Below are positions 10,201 to 19,144 of a stretch of DNA of 27,285 nt, in pieces. The position numbers and the translations under genes were made by a program. Every line of letters starts with the position of its first letter. Position 1 is the stretch's first letter. The DNA is from Candidatus Hermodarchaeota archaeon (GTDB lineage Archaea > Asgardarchaeota > Lokiarchaeia > Sigyniarchaeales > SOKP01). The notes beneath the pieces are model-generated. The model made no database searches. It was not told the DNA's origin and was given only the letters and a program-made list of their open reading frames with translations. Location: the NCBI GenBank assembly GCA_048885925.1, contig JBHLLG010000015.1, positions 1 through 27,285 of the forward strand. Reading direction: 5' to 3'.

Positions 10201-10689
10201 TTAATCTTTTACTTTTTCCTCTTTTCCCGTAATGTTAGCAATATCAAATCTCAAAATCCCCAAATTCTCATAAACGATATCTTTTTGCAAAAATTTTTTT
10301 TTTATAAGTTCTGGATCTGTCTCTAAATGATTAACTAATATTTCAATTCCATATTTTTTTTCATCTAATTTTTCTAAAATCACCATTTGGCCTTTAAATA
10401 CAACTGAACGAAAAGCTTGACCACATCCTTCCTTATAGCCATTATCTTCTATAACAGTACCACATACATATGGATTTGAATTTATAAAATCTATCTTTTG
10501 TCCTTCTTTAGCACAATGGAAAAAAAGAGCATTTTTAGATTCATCATATCCATAACTTAATGTAACGATATAAGGTTGGTTTTCCTTACACATCGAGATT
10601 ACCGCAAATTTTCCATTTTTTAAAATTTCTTTTATTTCTTCTCCATTTTTTATTTCTTTTTCACTTCTCCTTAAATGGTATTTTACCAA
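10201..10689 (-). CDS. Pyridoxamine 5'-phosphate oxidase-like / NimA-family flavin-binding protein
   Basis: LRRSEKEI, PYIVTLSYGY, FFHCAKEGQKIDFINSNPYVC, FRSVVFKG, ITGK. A TTG start at 10689 behind GAGGGGT avoids overlap with the upstream gene. Confidence 0.87.
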   Translation of the reverse strand: MVKYHLRRSEKEIKNGEEIKEILKNGKFAVISMCKENQPYIVTLSYGYDESKNALFFHCAKEGQKIDFINSNPYVCGTVIEDNGYKEGCGQAFRSVVFKGQMVILEKLDEKKYGIEILVNHLETDPELIKKKFLQKDIVYENLGILRFDIANITGKEEKVKD

Positions 10690-10705
10690 CTTGTACCCCT
10701 CTAAA

Positions 10706-11533
10706 CTAAAATTCAAAAAATTCTCTTATTTCTTCTTCTAATATAATTAAATCATCTTCTGCAAGAAAATCATGATCAAGGTGATCTTTAATAACTAAAT
10801 CACATTCTACGTTTGAATTTTTTAAGATCTCCTCAGCTTCAAAAATAGTAGTAAGTTTATCCCTATCTCCTAGAATCATTTTAAATTCTTTAACACTTAG
10901 ATGAGTTATAAAATTTTTGATTTGGAAATCCTTGTATTCCAATTCTTTCTTTGTCAATTCTATAAATTCATTAATATTACTAATACCTTTAACATTACCT
11001 GGAAGAAAACGGTTTATATAATTCAAAATTTTGGCAAAATTTTCATTGTAAACATGGTTCTCCAAATTTAAGATTGGACTAATTAATAGAAGTTTATTGA
11101 TTTTTTTAACCATAGAACAGAGGATCAACGCTATAAATGCCCCAAAGCCATATCCAATAATGTTTATATTATTTATATTGAAAATTTTATCTTCTGCCAT
11201 TAAATCTAAAAAGTTTATAAGTTTTACACCATCAGAAACTTGAGATTTGATTGAAATATTTCCTTCACTGAATCTATATCCCCTAAAGTTGAAAGCTATA
11301 AATGAATAGCCCATATCTAGCATAAATCTATAATTTTTTACAATTTCTTGCAATGGGAATAATTGTGGAAACCCATGGAAGTAAATAATAACAGGATAAG
11401 GTTTAATATATTTCTGAGGAGGGAAGTATAATAACCCTCTAATTATTTGCCCATCATTATTAATTTGAATTTCACTTACTTCATAGAGCCCATCAAACTG
11501 TTTATTTTTAAATTCCAAGAGAAGATCGACCAA
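10706..11533 (-). CDS. Alpha/beta-hydrolase fold protein lacking the canonical nucleophile Ser
   Basis: YFHGFP, FNFRGYRFSEG, nucleophile elbow IIGYGFGA, GDRD, LDHDF. Confidence 0.85.
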   Translation of the reverse strand: MVDLLLEFKNKQFDGLYEVSEIQINNDGQIIRGLLYFPPQKYIKPYPVIIYFHGFPQLFPLQEIVKNYRFMLDMGYSFIAFNFRGYRFSEGNISIKSQVSDGVKLINFLDLMAEDKIFNINNINIIGYGFGAFIALILCSMVKKINKLLLISPILNLENHVYNENFAKILNYINRFLPGNVKGISNINEFIELTKKELEYKDFQIKNFITHLSVKEFKMILGDRDKLTTIFEAEEILKNSNVECDLVIKDHLDHDFLAEDDLIILEEEIREFFEF

Positions 11534-11634
11534 AATTAAGTAATCATTAATTTTATCTAACTTATACTATTTAATAAAAGTAAGATTGTTTTAGAAGATT
11601 AGCAACTTTATATAAAATCATAGACGAAAATTAC

Positions 11635-12486
11635 ATGATAAGAGAAGACTGGCATACCCATAATCAACTCTGCCACCATGCAGTTGGCTCAATCGAGGAT
11701 TATATTAAAGAGGCAATTGGTTTGAAACTTAGAACCATAGGTATCAGTGATCATTTTCCCTATGAATTTTTACATAACATTGAAAGGATTCCTTATAAAG
11801 AGTATGCTATTACATTACCAGAAATTGAGAATTATATCTCCAATACAGAAAGTTTAAAGAAGAAATATAAAAAAGATATTATTGTGAGAATTGGATTTGA
11901 AATTGATTATTTTAAAAATCAGGAGCATGCTTTAAATAATTATTTATTGCCGATAGTAAATAGGCTGGACTATATCTTAGGTTCAATACATATTTTAAAC
12001 TTTTTTGATGGGAGAGGTGCTTGGAGTTTTGATGATAACCGATTTAGACAAGATTTCCAATATTATGGGACAGATCCTGTTTATTTGTTTTATTATAAAA
12101 CATTACAAAAGATGTTGAGTTCAAAAGATTTTGATTTTGATATATTAGCTCATTTTGATTTGCCAAAAAAGTTCAATGACATTCCAAATGATAAGGAAAT
12201 GATATGGAACGAAATGATGAAATGCCTTGAGCTTATAAAGAAAGAAAAAATCACAATTGAAATTAATACAGGTGGTTTAAGAAAGGACTGCAAAGAACAA
12301 TATCCGAGCAAGGAGATTATAAAAGAAATGTTTAATCTAGATCTAGATGTTTTATTATCATCAGATGCTCATGATCCCAAAGAGATTGCTTGGGAATTTG
12401 AAAAAATAGTAATAATACTAAAAAAAATCGGATATAGTCAGTTAGCTCATTTTAATAAAAGAGAAAAGACATATATAGAAATATAA
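11635..12486 (+). CDS. hisK: Histidinol-phosphatase, HisJ/HisK family (PHP domain)
   Basis: DWHTHNQLCHHA, ISDHFP, GFEIDY, DYILGSIH, LAHFDLPKKF, EINTGG, SSDAHDP. Confidence 0.85.
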   Translation: MIREDWHTHNQLCHHAVGSIEDYIKEAIGLKLRTIGISDHFPYEFLHNIERIPYKEYAITLPEIENYISNTESLKKKYKKDIIVRIGFEIDYFKNQEHALNNYLLPIVNRLDYILGSIHILNFFDGRGAWSFDDNRFRQDFQYYGTDPVYLFYYKTLQKMLSSKDFDFDILAHFDLPKKFNDIPNDKEMIWNEMMKCLELIKKEKITIEINTGGLRKDCKEQYPSKEIIKEMFNLDLDVLLSSDAHDPKEIAWEFEKIVIILKKIGYSQLAHFNKREKTYIEI

Positions 12487-12508
12487 AAACTTTCGAAACA
12501 AAAATAAT

Positions 12509-13312
12509 TTATAATTTCCTACTTTGCAACCACCCTTCAAGCGCAAGGGCGTTTAATAATTTAATATGTTTTGGATCTTGAGTAAGAATTACCATATTAT
12601 TATCCTCATGTTGCCCAATAACTCCAAATAATAATTCCTCTCCATCCCGGGTTAATACAAATCTATCTTGCCGTTCATAATTCCTTAAAGAAATATTATC
12701 TAAACTTTCATATTCATCTAATAATTCGGAGTGCACTTCAATCCCAGGATTAATTGAACAAGCAATCTTCATTGTCACAGAGGATCTAAGTTCATAAAGA
12801 TAAAGTTCCTGCAAATCTTCTATACTGGGAACAACAATCATTACACTAGAAATCGCTCTTTGTAATATTTCTCTCATTTTTTCAAGAATCTCAGTTTTAC
12901 TTATTCGTATAGCTGTAAAATCAACAATTTTTACAACCTTTGAACTAGATTGAGCTTTCCTTATTTTTTCAATTTCCAACTCTAAATTTTCTAAATCTTC
13001 ATCGGATTTCGTCAATTCTTCATTTAATATTTCCACTTCTTTCTGTAATTGCTTTACTAATTCATCTTTTTCTAATACAATATTTTGATCAACTGTAGTG
13101 GAACTTAATTTTTCGATTTCTTCATCTTTTAGTGTGATAGTCTTTTCTAATGTTTTAGTCTCATCATTCTTAGTCTTAAGGGTTTTTTCAAGAGTTTTGA
13201 TTTGTTCTTCTTTTAAATCTAAAGAATTCTCAAGAGTTTTAATTTGTTCATCTTTTAATTTAATAAGGTTATCTTTAGCTTCTAATTGTTTTCTTATTGA
13301 ATATTCATCCAT
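12509..13312 (-). CDS. Coiled-coil protein with C-terminal TrmB/PLD-like alpha/beta domain
   Basis: aa 1-120 is a heptad coiled coil. The C-terminal EILQRAISSVMIVVP...DRFVLTRDGEELLFG pattern resembles the PLD-like/TrmB sugar-binding fold but lacks an HKD motif. Confidence 0.6.
   Translation of the reverse strand: MDEYSIRKQLEAKDNLIKLKDEQIKTLENSLDLKEEQIKTLEKTLKTKNDETKTLEKTITLKDEEIEKLSSTTVDQNIVLEKDELVKQLQKEVEILNEELTKSDEDLENLELEIEKIRKAQSSSKVVKIVDFTAIRISKTEILEKMREILQRAISSVMIVVPSIEDLQELYLYELRSSVTMKIACSINPGIEVHSELLDEYESLDNISLRNYERQDRFVLTRDGEELLFGVIGQHEDNNMVILTQDPKHIKLLNALALEGWLQSRKL
13106..13258 (-). repeat. In-frame 42-bp (14-aa) tandem repeat, about 3.6 copies
   Basis: LKDEQIKTLENSLD / LKEEQIKTLEKTLK / TKNDETKTLEKTIT / LKDEEIEKL. 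Confidence 0.8.
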
Positions 13313-13550
13313 TATAAAAAGATTATAAGAATTTTTATTTATATTTTTAATTATAATGATTAAAATTTAAAAATTTGTCATTTGTAATTAGCTTTGTTTA
13401 ATTTTTTATAGAAATATCAATACTTACATAAGTTTAATCAAGTACATATCAGATTGAAATCTATAGTCTTTTAGTGAGCTAATTCTGATATCGCCAATTT
13501 AATACTCTATAGCATTCATATTTATATATTTATAATATAAATTATTATTC

Positions 13551-14291
13551 ATGAATGAGCACGAAAAAATTATTGAGGAATTGGAATCAGATGTGTCACA
13601 ATTAATAGAGAAAGAATTTGAATCTGGATCAGCAATAATAGGTATTAATATTGGGACACCTGAAGGTACCAAAATTGCTAGTAAATTTAAAAAGTCAATT
13701 AAAATGACAACTGGTGAAATTACAGCTGCAAATAGTAGTCTAGTATTCCTTTCATCAAAAATGCTCAAAGATAGTCTAAATCAAGAAGTAGCATATAACT
13801 TAATTACTGGTGAAGATAGAATTGTACTATCTATTTTAGCTGAAAATATTACTATGATAACTTATTTAAATAGAGAATTAGCAGAACTCGAGGGTATAGA
13901 TTCATATATTAATAAATTAAAGAAGTTAGCTTTACAAATTTCAGCAATAATTGAAACTTCAGATATCTTGAAAGAAGAAATCTTTAAAGGCCTTAAAAGA
14001 GCTATCCCTAATACATTAGTCCTAGCCATTATCACCAAAGATGGGTTGCCAATTAGAATTCAATCCACGATGCCAGAACCAATTTTATCCGCCATAGTAG
14101 CCGCATTATATAATTTATCTGGAGTTTTATTAGAAAAAAGTGGGATGGAATATTGCATAATTGGGGGAGAAAATGGTTCAGTAATTATTCATGATTTAGA
14201 TGAAAATAGAATTTTGGCCCTTGCTGTTCCAGAGGCAGATGAAAGAAAATTAGGCTCATATATCGCCAAAATCAAGGCAATTATCCAATAA
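13551..14291 (+). CDS. Tandem (double) roadblock/LC7 domain protein
   Basis: Two units with roadblock pattern: IIGINIGTPEGTKIAS..EITAANSSL..NLITGEDRIVL and VLAIITKDGLPI..LSAIVAALYNLS..IIGGENGSVIIHDL..ILALAV...LG. Confidence 0.8.
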   Translation: MNEHEKIIEELESDVSQLIEKEFESGSAIIGINIGTPEGTKIASKFKKSIKMTTGEITAANSSLVFLSSKMLKDSLNQEVAYNLITGEDRIVLSILAENITMITYLNRELAELEGIDSYINKLKKLALQISAIIETSDILKEEIFKGLKRAIPNTLVLAIITKDGLPIRIQSTMPEPILSAIVAALYNLSGVLLEKSGMEYCIIGGENGSVIIHDLDENRILALAVPEADERKLGSYIAKIKAIIQ

Positions 14292-15522
14292 TTTGATTAA
14301 TTTTATTTACAATCTCTTTTGCTCCATTAAAAGAATCAGAGAAATTTTTTGCTTCATATAAAATGGTACATAAGGGTTCTTCTTTTAAAATATTTTTTAC
14401 AGGTTCAGGCTTATCATGTATAAAATCAAGATTATTAATTTTTGGTAAGATTATTTTATCAATTTCTTTAGGAGCAAATAAAATTAATTTTGTAACATAT
14501 GATTTTATTGTTGCAAATCTAATTTTTTTTTTTATATTTTTCCATTCTTTTGAATCAAAACTCTTGATATGAAGATCTAAAAGATTTAAATTAAGAGCAG
14601 ATTCTGAAGCTTGAATTGAGCCAGGAATTCTGGGATTACATTCCATAAAATATGGATAATTATCTTTTAGAACGAAATCAAATCCATTGATTCCTTTTAA
14701 TCCCAGATAGTTAGTTAAATTAATCGAGATGTTAGAGATTAATTTTTCTATCTTTTTTGATAAACCACCGGGTACAATATTTCCGCAATACATAAACTCT
14801 TTTGGACAGAAGAGAAATTTCTTGCCAATGAGCTGTCGATTTATTGATATAATTTCACATTCTAAACTATTTGAAATCACAGTACAACTGATAGGAATTC
14901 CTTCAATATATTCTTGAATCATCCAATCTGATGGAATAAATGAAGATTTTTCAAATATTTTTATTTGAGAGTTCAAGAGTTCTTCATTATCGATTTTAAA
15001 AACATTGATACCACCAGCGCTCCTTTTCTTTTTTAAAATAAAAGGATATTTCATTTTATATTGATTAGAATGATATTTTTCAAAAGAACAATAACTTGGA
15101 ATTCGAAAACCTTGAGATTTAAGATAAGAAAGAATGAATTCTATATCTCGAGCTCTTTTTATAATACTTAAATCATTATTAGCATTTATAGTACTAGTTT
15201 TACTAATCTCGTCAAGAATTAACTTTCTTCCATCATAATCGTCATCTAAGCCACTACCTATTATTAAGAACTGTATATCTTGATATTTATAAAGTAATTG
15301 TAACCCAAATTGAATTAAAAATTTTCCATATTTTTCTTTAAGGGATTTGTAATTTCTATTCAATGCTTTAGTAATTATAATGGAGTCTTCAACATATGAA
15401 TAGAGGTCTAAATCTCCAAAAAAATCTACAGCATAAACTTTATAACCTGCTTCATTTAAGGAGTAAGCTAAGGGACGAGTATTAAATCCTATTATAAGAA
15501 CAGAATTTGATTTGTCAGCCAT
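14281..15522 (-). CDS. ATP-grasp carboligase (COG2232-like archaeal family)
   Basis: AVDFFGDLD, LKKKRSAGG, IQEYIEGIPIS, YCGNIVP, GINGFDFVL, MECNPRIPGS. Confidence 0.87.
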   Translation of the reverse strand: MADKSNSVLIIGFNTRPLAYSLNEAGYKVYAVDFFGDLDLYSYVEDSIIITKALNRNYKSLKEKYGKFLIQFGLQLLYKYQDIQFLIIGSGLDDDYDGRKLILDEISKTSTINANNDLSIIKRARDIEFILSYLKSQGFRIPSYCSFEKYHSNQYKMKYPFILKKKRSAGGINVFKIDNEELLNSQIKIFEKSSFIPSDWMIQEYIEGIPISCTVISNSLECEIISINRQLIGKKFLFCPKEFMYCGNIVPGGLSKKIEKLISNISINLTNYLGLKGINGFDFVLKDNYPYFMECNPRIPGSIQASESALNLNLLDLHIKSFDSKEWKNIKKKIRFATIKSYVTKLILFAPKEIDKIILPKINNLDFIHDKPEPVKNILKEEPLCTILYEAKNFSDSFNGAKEIVNKINQIIG

Positions 15523-15563
15523 TATGTATCATAAAAGAAGGAAAATTAAGTAATTATATCTAA

Positions 15564-17768
15564 TTACAATAATTTTTTTAATTCTAATACGAGTGATGAA
15601 GGATTATAGCGATCAAAACGATAGATTTGAGCATTTGCATATTTTTTAAAATTTTTTTTAATTTGATCTGCAGAATAAGTATGTACTCCAAGAGCATGTG
15701 TTGCATATGACTTTTTTGGTTCAAGTACAACCATATGGATTTTTTGTTTTGATAATTTTTTTGTCAGCTCTTTCAGTTCATTAGTAATTAAAGTATAATC
15801 GGTTTCAATCTGAGCAATTAAATCAGGGTATTTCACAGAGATATTTGCGCCACAATCACTACATATAAAGACAATTGGGATAATATTTCGATCCTTCAAT
15901 TTTTCAACTTTTATTAGCTCAGAAACTTTTTTTAAAGCTGCTGCCATTGGAGTATATGATTTTCCCTCAATTTTTTTTAATTTAGTAATAGCCATTTTAA
16001 AATTAACGGTTGGTTTCTGGAGAATAACGGCTTGTTTTCCACGAAATACAATTAAAGCTATTTTATCTCTCTTTCTATACCCTTCTCGATGGAGAGATAA
16101 TATTACATCAGTCATTTGTTTTATTACATAGTACATTGATGCAGAACTATCGAGAACAAAAAAAAGAGCTAAGGGCGCTCTATATTCATAGATTTTGTCC
16201 ATTAAATCATACTTATTAAAATGTATAGGAAAATCAATATCTGTATTATTATATGCTATATTATTTAAATAATTTCTAATTGTAGCGTCTAAAGCCAAAC
16301 TTTTTGGTTCATCCCGAATAGGACTTCTATATGAGACATATCTTCCTTTTTGAGATGAGGATATTTTAATTCTCCTTCCAATTCCTCTTCCACCATAATC
16401 AGATATCTTTCGATCCTTTCTGATATTATCTAAGATTGACGTCATTTTTTTTTCCATTTTATAAATAAATGGTAATGAACCAGTTTTAGGCTCAAAAAAC
16501 TTAAAATCATCTTCAATGGGAATATTTTTAACTTTCCAGCCTCCAGCAGGTTTAGGATTTCTCTTTTTGTTATCAGGATATTTTGGAGGAGGTAACTTCT
16601 GTTCTTGAGATTCTGGAATGTCTACTTTATCAGGATCTACCGATTGTCTTTTAAACTCTTTTTGAGGAGTATCATCATGTTTTAATGGTCCTTCCGTTTC
16701 TCGATTTGGCTGAAGAATTTTTGTGTCTTCATAAGCTTCTTTTATTTTTCCGTAGACTTCAGCGATCTTAGATTTTATTTCCTCTGGTGTCATTTCATAA
16801 TGCAGAGATTGAATTCTATGTTCAAACACTAAATCCATTGCAATATTTAAATCCTCTTCTATTATAATTTTTCTATTGTTTAAGGAAGCATGAGCTCGGG
16901 CGCACCTAATAAATGTGATATCAGCTCTTTGAGAAAAGATCTCTAATTCATTTACGATTTTAGTTACAAACTCATAAACAGAGCTTGGAATTTGAACTTG
17001 TTTTAAGATTTTACGAGCGTTTAGGATATTATTTCTTAATTTTTCTTGTTCTTCTTCAAAAGTCTCAATGAATTCTTTAGGATGATCCTCAAAATCTATT
17101 ACTCTTCTTGTGATTTCAGCACGTAATTCTGGATCTCTTGGTGCCTTTATTCGTACCTCTAAACCAAGACGATCAGCTATCTGTGGTCTGAGATCACCCT
17201 CTTCTGGGTTCATAGAACCAACAAGAACAAATCTTGAGGGATGTGACACTGAAATTCCTTCTCTTTCTATAATATTTACACCAGAAGCTGCAGAATCTAA
17301 AAGTACATCAACAATATGGTCTTGAAGTAGATTAATTTCATCAACATACAGAATACCACGATTTGCTTTAGCTAATAGACCAGGATGCAATGCTCTTATC
17401 CCCTCAGTTAATACTTTATCAATGGACAAACTCCCACAAACCATATCTTCAGTAACCCCTAAAGGTAAATTAACAAGCCACATATCTCTGAATTCCGTTT
17501 TAATTTGCTTTTTTTCCTTTTTTTCAATACAATTTTGACATAGATCTTCGATATCTGAATTAGGATCACATGAGAATTCACAACCCTTAACAACTTCGAT
17601 TTGAGGCATCAATTCAATAATAGATCTTACAGCTGTACTTTTTCCAGTTCCTTGTTGTCCGGTTAAGAGAATTCCTCCTATAGCAGGGTCAATAACGTTT
17701 AGAACTAATCCCATTTTCATTTTCTCCTGCCCGAGAATTGCTGTAAAAGGAAAGTTAATTTTTCTCAT
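15564..17768 (-). CDS. Chelatase ChlI/ChlD-like protein: AAA+ ATPase, Pro/acidic linker and vWA domain
   Basis: FPFTAILGQ, Walker A GQQGTGKS, PGLLAKANRGILYVDEINLL (Walker B), GSMNPEEG, MIDAS DSSAS, YTPMAAAL, SD. ATG at 17768 preferred over TTG at 17795. Confidence 0.9.
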   Translation of the reverse strand: MRKINFPFTAILGQEKMKMGLVLNVIDPAIGGILLTGQQGTGKSTAVRSIIELMPQIEVVKGCEFSCDPNSDIEDLCQNCIEKKEKKQIKTEFRDMWLVNLPLGVTEDMVCGSLSIDKVLTEGIRALHPGLLAKANRGILYVDEINLLQDHIVDVLLDSAASGVNIIEREGISVSHPSRFVLVGSMNPEEGDLRPQIADRLGLEVRIKAPRDPELRAEITRRVIDFEDHPKEFIETFEEEQEKLRNNILNARKILKQVQIPSSVYEFVTKIVNELEIFSQRADITFIRCARAHASLNNRKIIIEEDLNIAMDLVFEHRIQSLHYEMTPEEIKSKIAEVYGKIKEAYEDTKILQPNRETEGPLKHDDTPQKEFKRQSVDPDKVDIPESQEQKLPPPKYPDNKKRNPKPAGGWKVKNIPIEDDFKFFEPKTGSLPFIYKMEKKMTSILDNIRKDRKISDYGGRGIGRRIKISSSQKGRYVSYRSPIRDEPKSLALDATIRNYLNNIAYNNTDIDFPIHFNKYDLMDKIYEYRAPLALFFVLDSSASMYYVIKQMTDVILSLHREGYRKRDKIALIVFRGKQAVILQKPTVNFKMAITKLKKIEGKSYTPMAAALKKVSELIKVEKLKDRNIIPIVFICSDCGANISVKYPDLIAQIETDYTLITNELKELTKKLSKQKIHMVVLEPKKSYATHALGVHTYSADQIKKNFKKYANAQIYRFDRYNPSSLVLELKKLL

Positions 17769-17893
17769 AATTTTAGCAGTATTCTTAAAATTCAATTTTA
17801 TTTAATTTTTTAATCAATCGCTTATTTAAGCAAAGAAAAGCGTAATCAAATAAAAGTTTATCAAAATTAAAAATAAGATGTAAATTATTAAAA

Positions 17894-18881
17894 TTAAAAT
17901 TTCTTAGATAACTGTTTTAATTTTTTATCTAAGCCCGTAATAGATTCATCCCATTTTGAGAGAATATTTTCAACTTGAGGCACAATAGTTTCTTTTTCTT
18001 TATATTCCAAAAAGCCAACATATTCTTTAATATTTTCTATCTTTATAGATGTTTCAGCAACAAACTTGATAATTTCTTGAGTTTGATTTTTTAAAACTTC
18101 TGGAATTCTTGACTTTTCACCCCGTCTAGTTAATGATGTTAAATATTCTTCAGTTCCAAGAAATAATGAATCCATTTGTGTTATCTGTTCATCAATAAAT
18201 TTTTCATAGGTTTTAGGAACTTTGCTTTTTGGAAAGAAATTTGCTACATCGATAATGAATTTTTGCGTTTGTATAACTAACTGCTCCATACTTTCGAAAC
18301 CTTCAATTCTATAATCTACTGTATGATATGACGCTTCAACGCCAGAACTCACATCATCTAATCTAAATATTTGAAAGCCTGGATCATTTTTTAATTGTTT
18401 ATCAGGATCTCCCTTTTTTTCAGCCAATTCTATTTGACGAATTAATCTGACAGGATTAAATACCAATGAAACAGCTAATGGATTGTTTTGTTGATAGGAT
18501 AAAGTTGTTTGAATGTCTATATGGGACATCATCACCTTTTAGCTAAAGCTTGGAAACTCCAAAACTTTTGAAGCCTGGATGAGAATGCCACCATCCCACT
18601 ATAAATTCAGGTGGATCTTTTGAGAACACCTGTTCATCAATAATATATAGGGATTCATAATCTTCATTACTCCATTTATATTGATCAATAACAGCATCTC
18701 GATCCAATTCCTGATGCATAATTGGATAAGCTTCTGTTATAATAACATTATCCCCTTCATTTCTTCCGGTAAAAACACCACTAACTTCTAACCAATCGTC
18801 TTTAGGTATACGTGTATTAGCAAATCTGACTGATGCAGCAACAAATGTTTGATAAGCATGCTTTGGAATTATAACAGTCAT
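17894..18881 (-). CDS. MPN+/JAMM (Rpn11/CSN5-like) metalloprotease interrupted by a 31-nt insert; predicted spliced CDS join(18881..18570,18538..17894), 318 aa
   Basis: Track ORFs 18543..18881 and 17894..18535 are the two halves of one MPN domain. Joined, they read LEVSG...IVGWWHSHPGF|KVMMSHIDIQTTLSYQQNNPLAVSLVFNP...GFQIFRLDD, colinear with the two intact paralogues in this window. Confidence 0.88.
18539..18569 (-). other. Putative bulge-helix-bulge (endonuclease-type) mRNA intron, 31 nt
   Basis: Intron RNA: AAAAGUUUUGGAGUUUCCAAGCUUUAGCUAA. Central helix GGCU/AGCU, bulges UC^A and AA^A, internal hairpin AAAG-U(U)UUGGA-GUU-UCCAA-G-CUUU. It contains an in-frame UAG, and its excision restores the frame and motif. 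Confidence 0.8.
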
Positions 18882-19144
18882 TTTAAAATCATCATTCTTT
18901 CAGTTAATTTTTATTAAATCGATTTTTACAAATTAATACTAATTTTGATATTTATGTCTTTTTCATTTTGTTAAAAAGTATTAAATTTTCTATTTTTCTA
19001 AAATTCAAATAGTAATCATCCCTCCCAATTAATTTTTTAATCCTAAAATAAATTTTTACATTAAATAAGAAATAATTTAAATTGTAAATTTTTCATTATA
19101 ATATTACTGAAACCGTATAATTTTTTAATAAAAAGTGAATTATA

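Noticed and set aside
15564-17768. Evidence for chlorophyll synthesis from the ChlI/D-like gene
   Set aside because: ChlI/D-like AAA+-vWA proteins are widespread in non-phototrophic archaea, and no other pathway genes are present.
18536-18569. AAAAG direct repeats flanking the JAMM insert, read as a target-site duplication or mini mobile element
   Set aside because: Collapsing the repeat removes 29 nt and leaves the gene out of frame. Only a 31-nt removal gives the correct JAMM spacing, and that is what the BHB predicts.
17894-18881. Two independent genes, a simple sequencing frameshift, or programmed ribosomal frameshifting
   Set aside because: The halves are complementary parts of one active-site motif. 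A 1-nt indel or ribosomal slip would leave about 10 extra residues inside HxH-x7-S-x2-D.
18882-19144. Specific TATA/BRE promoter and poly-T terminator calls in intergenic regions
   Set aside because: Intergenic DNA is so AT-rich that many candidates fit, and none can be singled out without transcript data.
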